The translations under genes and the position numbers were made by a program. DNA of 64,000 nucleotides, from the NCBI GenBank assembly GCA_051362555.1, contig CM120649.1:14508001-14572000 (forward strand). The letters run 5' to 3'. How positions within the stretch are numbered: position 1 is the first letter of the stretch; each line of letters begins with the position of its first letter. The DNA is from Lingula anatina. Taxonomy: Eukaryota > Animalia > Brachiopoda. This document shows positions 1-11,100 of this stretch, piece after piece. Below the pieces are notes generated by a model. It was given only the letters and a program-made list of their open reading frames with translations, was not told the DNA's origin and searched no databases.

Positions 1-930
1 ATAATGTATGCTTCTACTACTAATAAAAAGTATACTTATTAGGTAGGACCTGTATTAAATATGTTATTTTGCACAGCTGAGTTCAGAGGCCACCAGGGGT
101 CAGATGGGGTTGTCTTGGGAACAGACGTTCCCCTACACCTGTTATAACAAACAGTAATAACCCATTTACAGATCATTGCCTGCAATTAAAGTAATGTTTT
201 CTATAAGTTCCATCTGTTCCCTTCATACATAACTTTTGTTAATTTCAAATGCATTACCACCATGTATTTTAATTTTCTCTGATATTTTTCTTTTTAGTGG
301 AATGTGGTGGGTCTGAGACTTTCCCGAACAACCATTTTTATCTTTTACTATTTGTTTTATGTTTTATGAAGAATGATCGGTTAAATCACAAGATGTAGTT
401 CTAAAATCATTTGCATAGTATGCTGCTTTCCAAATGGGATCACCTGGAGCAGCCAGATCCATGGCCATAACATTTCTTCCTACTCATCTCTTACAACCCA
501 AAATCTTGTCTGAGTATAGAGATTGTCTCAGTGTATATGTACCAGAGTGTCTGTACACACAATACTGTTTATACAGCATATTGATTTATTCCTCCTTGAT
601 GAGTTTTACTGACGTGATCGTGGTGAAGGTTTGCAGCATATTAGATGCCTAGAACTGTTGAAAACAATCGTAAATTGCTTGAGTGTTTAAGCAACCATGC
701 AAAAAATGATAATTTATTGACTAGGTTATTTTTATATTTTCCTGCAGCAGTGAATGGTGTATAGTTGCAAGATACAGTAACAAGATAGTTGTTGACTTGT
801 CTGACTTGGAGACTGCTTCAGAATGGGACACCACAATGTGTGACAGAGATCACTGGAAACTCTTTTATCAACATGTCCCTGGTATTTCTTGTGGTTTGAT
901 CCTGAGACTGTATAATGGAGATAAGAAGAA

Positions 931-1124
931 GTGTGTGTGTGTGTGTGTGTGTGTGTGCAGGCCCGTAGCCAGGGGGGGGGGGGGGGGGTCGAAAGAACCG
1001 CCCTTTTTGATGGTAAAAGGTCCACTCTGGGTAAGATTTGATCTAGGTACGTTAAGTTTTAATGGGAAAAGGTTCGCTTTTTCAGAAAAAGAACCCCCCT
1101 TTTGTAATTGCTGGCTACGGGCTT

Positions 1125-1181
<57 letters not shown>
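931..1181. repeat. (GT)n microsatellite split in two (931-957 and 1126-1181) by a MITE insertion
   Basis: Pure GT dinucleotide runs on both sides of the element at 958-1125. Confidence 0.95.
958..1125. mobile_element. 168-bp MITE (non-autonomous DNA transposon) with CAGGCCCGTAGCCAG termini
   Basis: Left end CAGGCCCGTAGCCAG (958-972) and right end CTGGCTACGGGCTTG (1111-1125) are inverted repeats, 14/15 matching. Internal poly-G, no coding capacity. Diverged relatives at ~21853 and ~50563. Confidence 0.85.
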
Positions 1182-1185
<4 letters not shown>

Positions 1186-2546
1186 GGGGGGGGTGGAGGG
1201 GCGGGGTACCATCTGTTTAGTCTGGCTGCCTAGTTCCATAGTAAGATTAGGATATAGTTCTGATTTTAGCTTCTTAGTGGTGTTAGCAGAGACAGTTTTC
1301 TAACTTTGCCTATCAAGGTTAAAATATAGCAAATACATAAAAGTTTCTAGATGGTCCAGATATCTGAAAGAATTGACTCACATGTTAAAATGCACCAGTT
1401 GTACTAGAATTCAGAGTATCTTGTCCCTTTCTAGTATTGAGCATGCTTGTGATTTTTATCGCATACACATCTGGTTCTTTCTGTGGCTAATGATGAGTTT
1501 GAACCTTTAAGTATTGGATGAGATTTTTTTTCACCAAATTCCACGTTTTCTGAGTCATTGGCATTTCATTAGCTTAAACAGTCAGTATCCAGTTATATGC
1601 CCTCTGTAATTTTGATTTTGGGAAAAAACTAAAAGTTTGAGAATATATATATGCAGCTTACTGAACCATATATATATTTTACATCTTGTATCTGATAATT
1701 TAACTTTAACTTAATGGAATAATTTGTTCATGAGATTTTGGTCTAGAAGGAAGCATAAGTAATCTAATAAAGTCCGTTCAAAACAGAGTACTACAGTGTC
1801 CAGTTGTATGAGAAACTTGTTCAATCACCAGCAAAAAAAGAAAAAGCCAAATTAAGAAAGAAAAGAAAAACCTGTTTTTTTCAACCAGTGGTTTATTTCA
1901 CACAGAAGACAAGGCACTCTCAGATGGAACAGATTTAATTTAATTTGTTTCCAGAGAGTGGTTCACTGATGTAGTAGACCTGAGAGGGCTTTTTCTTGTG
2001 TCTGTAACATTTTGGGTGGCCCTGTTTAAAGACATGCTCTTGAACCTACTTACCCTCTGTAGCAGTCAGTTTACATAAGTGTGAAGTGAGATGTTGTTGG
2101 ACAGGGATTCAGCTGTTCTCGGTTCTGAAGTATCAAGTAAAGGAAGTACTCTATTTCTTATTCTCTTTTTATTCTTTTTATTTATAGTTTTTTCATTCTG
2201 AATTAATTCTTTTTTTTTTCAGAAGGAATGTCCATTAGACATCTTTGATACATCTACTTATTTACTAATTTGTTTATGAAAAATGCACATTTGAAAATGT
2301 AAGCAAAATGTTATTGCAGAAACTTTGGCTTAGTTGCTGTAAATTTTTCCAGCAATCTCGGTTTTGACATTTTACATGCTTACATTTACAGCAACCAGAA
2401 ACAGGATCTTGAATCAAAATTGGTAGGCAGATTTGGCTGTGCTTTTGTTTTTCTTATGAGGCTTTTGTGGTATCTTTTTGTTTTGTCTGCTACATTGTTT
2501 TCATTGTACCCAAACTAGGTTTTACCAGTATATTTGTAAGAATTTG

Positions 2547-2551
<5 letters not shown>

Positions 2552-2583
<32 letters not shown>
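2552..2583. repeat. (GA)n microsatellite
   Basis: Pure GA run. Confidence 0.95.
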
Positions 2584-2586
<3 letters not shown>

Positions 2587-2659
2587 AAATTTTTAAACTG
2601 CAACATAGTACATCAACAGTTAAAAAGAAACAAACATATTGAATAATTATTCACCAACA

Positions 2660-2665
2660 TTTATT
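2660..2665 (-). promoter_or_regulatory. Candidate polyadenylation signal (AATAAA on minus strand) for the LRR gene
   Basis: TTTATT on plus strand ~2.8 kb downstream of the LRR stop codon. Other candidates exist (e.g. ~4569-4574), so the assignment is tentative. Confidence 0.2.
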
Positions 2666-5331
2666 TTTTTACAAATAATGTGAATGGAATTACAAAAGAG
2701 AAATGGTAATATGTACAGATATGCTGACTCAAGAGCAGTGATAAAAATACACTACTGTCTCTCGTCTTTGAACAGGAATCTATTTCGTCTATCGAGCACC
2801 TCTACATGTATTATAACTACTGTCTGGTTAAGGTACATATCCAACTGATACAAACAATTGTTTCATAGAAAATATTTTGTAATTGTCAACTGTGCCTAAT
2901 GGTAAAATAATTCGAATATCAGTTGTCATCATGCACTTATTGTTTTGTCATAGATATTTCTGCACCTTCCATCTTAAAAAATAATTTTTTGTTGTAAGAG
3001 AATAGTGATTATTTTTATCGGTTACTTTCTTATGCTGAGAGCGTAAATGTTTTTGTTAAAAACCTCAGAAACCTATGATTTTTCCCTTGCTTAGGCCTAG
3101 TAGTTAAATGATGAAAAAGGATGATGATATCATATGATTTGAAGTTTGATAATTGACAAATCTTGTCTTAAAAACATAACATCGTGCATGTAGACTAAAA
3201 AAAAAAGCAATGATCTTGTGTGACTGGCGTGATATTTTCACAGTGAAAAATCAACATCAATGTAACCATTCATTGAACATAAAACCAAAAAGCTGACACA
3301 GCTTTGGGTGAAGCCTTAGTGATGAAAAACAAAACAATAATCAATAAAATTAAACCGTTTGTGACAACCAACAAATGCACGGTGAAAGACAAAACTGAGT
3401 GTGACGGGCAAAAAGCAGTAATATCATATTGCAAAAGAAATATTAATCACTTGTTAATGGATTTTCATGATGCCAAAGTGCTTCCCCTTAAAATTTCACT
3501 TAATCTCTATAATGGCTAACCCATTCCTGGTAACAATCATTTCCAGGTATAGTGATTATAAACGCCAGTTTGAACTGGTATCAGTGGTGTTTTGAAGTAA
3601 AGGTGGGCTATTTTTGTTCAGTGGGTTAGATTTTTTATAACAAATGATTAAAGAAACTCAGTGGAATGAAATAATACAAATTAACTAGGTGAAGAGAAAC
3701 CAGATAAAATTAGCTCCATTTTGCTCCCAGTAGTCCTAACCATTACCTTAAAAAACCTAACATTATAATTTAATAAATTCAAAATAAAACCTTGCTTTGA
3801 ATTTCACCCCCAAAGTCATAATTCACCTACAACTACAAACACATTGCACTCTGAAATGTTCACATTTTGATTTTCCGCTTTGCAAATGCAACAGAATCCT
3901 CAATAGGTGGGAAAGAGATTTTCATAAAACTTAAATTGGAAATGAATCAAAAGGCCATTATGTGAACCTGCTGCTGTTTCCTAATGTAAAATTAATTAAA
4001 CATTTAACTGACTGCAAGTGGAAACGAAGGCGGGACTATTAAGACCCATTTAGCAAAATGATACAATGTTTTAAAAACACAACTTGCAAGAGTCAGTTTT
4101 TCCGATGGGTTTCAAGGTCGTATGAGCAACATATGAGCAATATTTTCATTGACTTCAGCGAAAGAAAAAATGCCACATCAAAATTTAAAAAATAAAGATA
4201 GGTGTATACACAATTTAGCTGTGATTATTTTGTACAGCTATATTAAAAAAAAGATCAATAAATTAGAATAAAGAAAAGTAATTAAAACTGCAGTGTATCA
4301 ACAATTTGGCTCCAAAGTCTGTGATTTTGTTTCCGTCCACAATGCACAGTGATTAAATGGGATAACAACACTCAAACCTGTGATGAAACATCTATATAGC
4401 CATAGATACTACCATACCCTCATTTCCTCTGTAACTAAATTAACATATGGCTCTTGTTAATTATAACAAGAATTACACAGAACTGAAGTACAGGTAGTTA
4501 TAATATGCTGCCCTCCAAGGAGGAGTAACCACAGTATTGAGATCCAGGTGGATTTCCTACCTTACTTTTTTATTGACATTAATTAATTAATTAATTATTG
4601 AATAATAAACTAATGAACCAATCTCCATAGATCAGATCTATGACCATGTTATTACAACTCATATTTTGAGCTTAATTTAGTCAACTAAACCTTAATATTT
4701 ACAACAAAATGTACAGTTTAAATTAGTAAAATAAACTATTTAAACTATGCTCTGAAGTATAGCTTCTCTGAGTGCATGGCCCGTATGCTGCATGACTGTG
4801 AGTTGTCATTGCAGAACCAAAAATAGAACCTAGTACTTAATAACAAAAAGTGCCGGGGAAACAGTTGTTTTTTGTTTTATATTTCATCTACAAGACAAAT
4901 TTTGTCTTTGTTGGTCACTTTTTCTCTCAACATATTGTTGATGGGAACATAATATTATCAAATTTACATATTCAGTGGGAAGCCTCTAGTTTTGACACCA
5001 TTATTAGTCTTATATCTTGGTCCTTAAAGGCGTATCAAATAATTTTAATGGTATTGTTAAGTTGCCATGCAACATGAGGTGAAAATAATTCAGTTTCAGC
5101 ATTCACTTTAAATAACCAATGAACTACGATTATTGACATGCTTTTTCTAATGTCAAGGCATAGGTTACTCTTTGAAACTCATAGTTCTTATTTGACAGTG
5201 TTTATGCAAATTTATACCTACACAGAAGCATAGAACATGCTGTATCAAGGTAGATCTGATCTAAAAGGCACCCGTCACTTGGAACCATTGTAACCTAGGT
5301 TCTTGATTTTATAATACATGTAGATGTTTTC

Positions 5332-5345
5332 ATTGCCATGGCAAC
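5332..5345. promoter_or_regulatory. RFX X-box-like palindrome ATTGCCATGGCAAC
   Basis: Matches the X-box consensus RYYNYY-WW-RRNRAC. Related partial palindromes lie at 5061-5073, 5290-5303 and 5408-5421. Confidence 0.3.
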
Positions 5346-5493
5346 AAAACTTCACACTTCATGTGGCAAAATCCTGGTTCTAATTACTGAACTGAGATTA
5401 ATTCATGTCTGTTATGGCAATAAGTATGGATGAAATATGTACATTTATACAAAATTATATATTGATATAAAAACTCTTATCTTTCAACAAACG

Positions 5494-7335
5494 CTACACT
5501 AGCGTTTCTAGATGAATCTTTTTTAGACTTAAAGGCGTGGGGTTCATGGAGTCCCTATTATTTTCAAAGTTCAAGGATGTGCTTCCATGCCCCGATGTGT
5601 TTATAGAGTCAAGTGACCTCTTATTTGCGGAGGTCTTGTCGTAAAACAAGTCTGAATTTTCATAGTACATTTTTGGCAAGATGTCCCCATTGTTATGATG
5701 GTGTTGAGTTTGTTGGTGTGGGACACTGCCGTTCCCATACGGGATAACAGCGGGATGCCCATGATGTGGGACATTCCCATTTCCCTGTGGAAGATGTCCG
5801 TTCCCATGATGTGGGATATATCCATTGGGTCCACTGTGCCCATTGTGGAGTTTTCCATTGCTTAAGAGACTGATGCTCGTAAGGTGCTTTTTGTCATTGA
5901 TTTCATTGTCATAGCCCACTTTGCGACTGTCGGTAGAGCCTGAACTACCCGTGCTGCCCATGGGTTTTCTCGGTGGAATGATTTGTACTTTACTAAGATT
6001 GTTGTTGTGCTCTTTCTTGTTCTTGCAGAAAAGGCGATTTCTGAATTTACAGAACACTATGATGAGAATGATGAGGAGAACTAGAGCCAGTCCTCCTGCG
6101 ATCATGATGCCGATGAACTCATCTTGTGTTAAAGGAAGGTTCCATGGTGCTGGCGATGGTTCAACAGGTGCCACTGAAGTTACCACAATAATGCCCCCGG
6201 ATGTGAGAACTGTAGAACTTGTAGCTGCATCTGTGGCTTTGCTGGATCTAGTGGTCGGAACTGGCGTTGTTGTTGTGGTCGTAGTGCTGGTGGTGGTAGT
6301 GGTCGGGGTGGTCGTGGTGGTTGTGGTCGTAGTTGTAGTTGTGGTACAGATGAACATGGAAACTGGCAATTGGCGCAAGAGGTAATTGCGAAGGTTTGGC
6401 GGTCCAGCGCATTGCCCGCTGTCCTGGTCCGTCCACTCAACTTTTGTGACATTAACCGGGGAGAATTCTCTGCTCTCCATCCACTCTCTAAATGGCCGGA
6501 GGGTGCAGTCACACTCAAACTCGTTTCCCTTGAGATTCAGGGTGTGGAGACGCGTCATTGGTGAAAAAATTTGAGGTGTAAGATGGCGGAGCTTGTTTTC
6601 ACCAAAGTTGATGAGTTCCAGGGCAGTTATGTTATTGAAGGAGCCTTCCGGAATCCTATCCACCTTGTTTTTCTGGAGCTCGAGGGTTTGGAGGTTGAGC
6701 AGAGACAGGAAGGAGCCACTTTCGAAGTATGTAATCAGGTTATTTCCCAGCAGAAGTGTTTGGAGATTTTTCAGCGGCTTTAGCATATTTGCCGAAATTT
6801 TTGTCAGTCGATTGAAACTGAGGTCCAGTGTCTGCAGATTGGTTAAGTTTTTGAAGGCATTCTCAGCAATTAACTCTAGTCTGTTTTCGGCAATGGATAG
6901 TGCCTGAAGACTGCCCAGATCTTGGAATACGTTGTTTGGAAGTGTAGTGATTTCATTGGTTGAAAGCTGCAAAATCCTCAACTTCGACAAAAATGCAAAG
7001 GCTTTCAGCTCAAGTCTCTGTATATAGTTGAAATTGAGATAAATCTCCTTCAGATTCGGCGCTGCCATGAGATTCGGTGCGAACGAATAGTTTGTAATGA
7101 TCGGGATGTTGTTACGATAAAATTTCAAAATCTGTGTATTACTTGGCAGATCAGATGGGATTTTAGACATGTTCGTGTAACGACATTCCACCGTGTATCC
7201 TGTGATGTCACAATCTGTCTGCACGTTGGCGTAAGCACCCGAACTCCACAAAAGGCACAGAAATAAAATTGGTAGCCCGCACGTGATGTACATCCTAGGC
7301 ACAAAACGGCCACTAGATTTCAGCACTCTTGGCAT
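5494..7335 (-). CDS. Single-pass (type I) transmembrane leucine-rich-repeat protein (extracellular LRR-only adhesion/receptor class), CDS not interrupted by introns
   Basis: 613-aa ORF. Hydrophobic signal peptide (LPILFLCLLWSSGAYA; start at M1 7335 or M15 7293); LRRNT (CDITGYTVEC...IPSDLP); nine LxxLxLxxN-type motifs, seven of them full 24-aa repeats; LRRCT (NEFECDC...C.GP..L....L..L....FIC); Thr-rich stalk (6265-6345); TM IGIMIAGGLALVLLIILIIVFC (~6049-6114) followed by basic KFRNR; cytoplasmic tail ending ETLV-stop. No Ig, FN3 or TIR domain visible. Confidence 0.95.
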   Translation of the reverse strand: MPRVLKSSGRFVPRMYITCGLPILFLCLLWSSGAYANVQTDCDITGYTVECRYTNMSKIPSDLPSNTQILKFYRNNIPIITNYSFAPNLMAAPNLKEIYLNFNYIQRLELKAFAFLSKLRILQLSTNEITTLPNNVFQDLGSLQALSIAENRLELIAENAFKNLTNLQTLDLSFNRLTKISANMLKPLKNLQTLLLGNNLITYFESGSFLSLLNLQTLELQKNKVDRIPEGSFNNITALELINFGENKLRHLTPQIFSPMTRLHTLNLKGNEFECDCTLRPFREWMESREFSPVNVTKVEWTDQDSGQCAGPPNLRNYLLRQLPVSMFICTTTTTTTTTTTTTPTTTTTSTTTTTTTPVPTTRSSKATDAATSSTVLTSGGIIVVTSVAPVEPSPAPWNLPLTQDEFIGIMIAGGLALVLLIILIIVFCKFRNRLFCKNKKEHNNNLSKVQIIPPRKPMGSTGSSGSTDSRKVGYDNEINDKKHLTSISLLSNGKLHNGHSGPNGYIPHHGNGHLPQGNGNVPHHGHPAVIPYGNGSVPHQQTQHHHNNGDILPKMYYENSDLFYDKTSANKRSLDSINTSGHGSTSLNFENNRDSMNPTPLSLKKIHLETLV

Positions 7336-8077
7336 AATGGAAGATTATTTCGTAGACTTTGAAGAATGAATATTGAACACAATCCACTGTGAAGAACACC
7401 TGCGTAGTTCTCTGGTGGTCAAAAAATATTTGGAGTTTTACATGTAAAGCGCATATGTCACCGTGACAACATTCCCCCTGTTAGTTTTAAATATGTGACA
7501 TATGTGAGTTGCTCACAAGTGTAAACACGTTCAAGACACCTGTGTCTAAAGGTTGCAGACTGTATTTTAGCACAGTACTGATGTTTTAGTATTATACCAT
7601 GCAGATGGTGCTCCAACTGTGCCGGTGTTCTATGCGATACTTCTGTTTCAAAGAATTCTTTTTGGTTTCTGTCCAGTGAGCAGAAATAGACAAATCCTTC
7701 AGATGTCTCTGCCTGTAGTTTTTACCCAATGGAGAAGAATGGATAAATCCCAAAAATGTGTCTGTCTTTAAATCTGCTAAGTTCTGTACCAGTGGAGAAA
7801 AATGCAACAGCCCTTTTAACTGATTTCTGGTTTCTATTCAGCTGAGATCTTTTCAGTAATCAGATGTCATTTTTCTTAAGTCAAGAAAGGAGATCTCCTG
7901 CTGTGCCTGGACTTCTTTGGTGTTCACTGAACTTGGTGGGATGTCAGACAATTTTTCTTTCTTTTCAGAGATGAAGCAGACGTTTTTTTGTAATTCTTGG
8001 CTTTCTGATTTGTCTTGTGCCACTCGATTGGTCCAAAGAGCCTAATTGTGGTTCACAGCTGGATGCTAATAGGATAC

Positions 8078-8100
8078 CTGAAAGAGTAAAACAAACTAAG
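8078..8100 (-). other. Candidate splice acceptor for the coding exon of the LRR gene
   Basis: Minus strand reads cttagtttgttttactctttcAG|gtatcc, a strong polypyrimidine tract plus CAG. A weaker alternative acceptor (tgttcttcacAG) ends at 7387. Confidence 0.45.
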
Positions 8101-11100
8101 TTTAGTGGATTGGCAGTGACGATTCCCTCCCCTTTTTTTGTCAGGTCATTTGAATAGAAGTGTTTTGCTGTAAAGTAGGAAATATGTGTGGGGGATGGAA
8201 TCTGTTTGGGCTTTCGATTTCAGCTTGATCATTTGTTGATAAGAAAGCATTATCATTGGTGAAAACTTTTGCAAATTTATTCATGAATTGAATTTCAGTG
8301 TACCAGAATATACTGTAATTTTAATAAAACATATGTTTGTAGTATAGGTGATTTATATCAGATAGGTAGAGAGAATGTCGTATTTAAGAAACTGGTCAAT
8401 TTGTGTGGTAGGAAAACTTTTCAACATGTGATGACTATAATTAATATAACAGAGCCCTTTATCAGTGCATTGAAATTATGCCTATCAAAATGCAGCAAAA
8501 TAGCCAAAATAAAAAACAGAGACTGTAAATATCAAAGTTTTAGTGAAAACCTGGGGTGAAACAGCCTGTCACTGTAATGGACAGGTTGGTTGAAGGACAG
8601 AGGTAGTTTTTGATATAATTAGCTCTGCTATCACTCAGCGCTAGTAGGTGGTAAAAAAACTTGATATGGCTGTGCATTGTCACTGTGCATAAAGGGGGCT
8701 TGTATACAAGAACACCCTATAGCTGTCGTTTAGGGGATTGAAAACTGACTGTGTGCTTGTTGGGAAATACTATGACTGACTGTGTATGTAGTAATGTAAG
8801 TTTTTTATTGTGTGTGTTGCTTTTGTAATGTTTTTATTTTATTTTGGGGGTGTCATGTTTTCTTTGTGTTTGTTTTTGTGTCCTTGTTGTTTGTTGTGAT
8901 TGTGTATTCTTATACATGTTGTATTTTTTATTTCTGTAATGGTACAGTTACAGGGGGCATTTCTTACTCTTTAAATAAATAAATAAACACTTTCTGAGAT
9001 TGATATTGCTGGAAATGCAGGTTGTCTTATGGCTTTATTTTCACTTTTGATGTTGTTACTTTGCATTAAGTGATTTCTCTCTTACTTATTATCCTGTTTC
9101 CTTCATAGTTTATTGCAAGTGTTTCCTGTGGGTTTTAATTACAATCTCTCTCTCTGTTTTATTGGAATTGACTCCATAGAGATACTTCATTTTCTGTTTT
9201 ATGCTGTGGTTGTAGTACACATTACTATTTAGTCAGTAGTTGTCTTTCACAAAATAACTTTAGTCCAAAATTGGTCTAAACTTTTAAGCCTAGACAGTCT
9301 AGCTTATGAAATATAGGGTCTGTTTTATAGCCAGTAGGACATCGGCATTTACATATTTCAGTGTGCCTCATCAAAGATATGAAGACTTGTGAAGAAAGAA
9401 ACCATACGAAAATAAATGTCTTTTTTGACACCTTGGGTTAGGTTTTTTTCTCCTAAAACAGCTTGAACTCTTAATTAAATAGGATCAACTGATTTACCAT
9501 CTGTTTTAAATGGGCAAGACCTTTAACTGTTTGAAAGCAAAAGTTAAAGGATAGATATGCTTGACATTCACTTGAAAGTCTAATAGTTCCTTTTAGAATT
9601 ATAGTCTGGATGCATTCTTTCATGGATTTCAAAGAGAAGGAAAAAACAGAAGATTTGAATTATAGATATTATGGCCTTTTAACACTGAGGGCACTTAATC
9701 ATAAAGTTAAAACAACTTTCAGCACTCAGTAGAAAAAAAACATATGCCGTGAAAGGATGTCTTAATGCAATAATTGTATCATTCCATTTGAACCTTGGCA
9801 AAGGTTGATGACTCTAACGACAAAGTGACAATGGGTGTCAAAGCGAAAGAAAAAATGAAACTGTAGATATCTTTAAAGGGAAGGGTTGGCTCTGAAAGTT
9901 TTAAGAACCATTTTGATCAGAACGAACTGCATGTTTTTATTTTCATCTCATTTCATTTCAACCACTCCTGTGGCCTTATGCACAACAAGATGCTAGGAGT
10001 GATTTCTTATAAATGTTATTTTATTAAGAAAAAGAAAATGATGATGAATAAAAAATGGCATTCTTTGTGGCTAGATCGAATGAAAAAAATGACATCTTAT
10101 ACAATTATATCTTGGTCGAATTAACTGTACTTGAAGAACAAGTTGACATTGCATTTGCTATGAGTCAATTGAATATTGCCATTTTAAATGGCCATGCAAA
10201 ACAAACAACCATGAATACAAAACTATTAACTTTGAAATGTGATCATAGGAAATTAGCTATAAATCACCTGTATACCTGACAATGCAGACATTCCAGTTTA
10301 AAAAATGGTCTTTCATTAGAGGGATTTTTGGACACAATTAGGTCCAAAAACCTAAAGGTATGGCAATAGGAAGCATATGGGGGCACAGCAGGTTTAAGTA
10401 AACTAAATCAGCACACGTTTCAATTCAATTAAACCTGTGTGTCCAGAACACACTCCGATGAATAATGAATGTGCCAATTATTTTCTGAACATTTGGTCCT
10501 TGTGGGTCTCAAATTAGATTAAGAAAATAATTTGGTTTTTATAAAATATTTAAGTTTTTTGCTGACGTTTAGCTTTTTATGAAATGTTTTTGTAATTTGA
10601 AAATGCTTGTAAGTGTACCTTTGTCCCTTCATGAAATTAACTTTTGCTGACAGGGGAAAATCTTAAAAATTGCAGTTAATATCTGGTTAACCTATAGTTG
10701 TTTTTTTTCCTTTGAAAAAAATGATTTGGAATTACCTTTAAAAATCACCAAAGCTAGCTCCACCATTCCATATCCATCAAAATACAGAAAATTAAGCTCC
10801 AAAATCCACCTTATTGGAATGCCAGGTTTCCAAATAGATATATCCTTTCTCCAAAGGTCGATTTATTCAAATACTACACCTACTACTACATGAACTACTA
10901 TAACAATACTGGGTCTTTTGGCTCACATGTGTGCTATAAAACACGATGCTCGGAACTTGGTTACATTATCATGAATATTAACCAAGCCCTGGGGGTGGGC
11001 TAGAATAGTTAGAGATAGAAACAATAGCGGCACGACCAATAAAACACAAAATGAAGAACCAGCTTTCAGAAATTACAATGCGCGTGTACCAAGCCGTACA

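Noticed and set aside
732-1239. ORFs of 97-128 aa with CVCVCV/THTHTH runs
   Set aside because: Translations of the (GT)n tract and the inserted MITE.
5601-6907. Several overlapping or antisense ORFs (e.g. 5921-6385 +, 6593-6907 +, 6180-6518 -)
   Set aside because: Shadow frames of the real LRR CDS with no independent protein features.
5494-7335. Calling the gene a Toll-like receptor or a true VLR, or assigning a gene symbol
   Set aside because: No TIR domain. It has a TM helix and a long cytoplasmic tail rather than a GPI anchor, and no flanking LRR cassettes are visible in the window. Orthology cannot be fixed without a search.
8770-8990. TG-rich tract ending in (TAAA)n as a LINE 3' tail
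   Set aside because: No reverse-transcriptase remnant upstream and no TSD; indistinguishable from low-complexity DNA.
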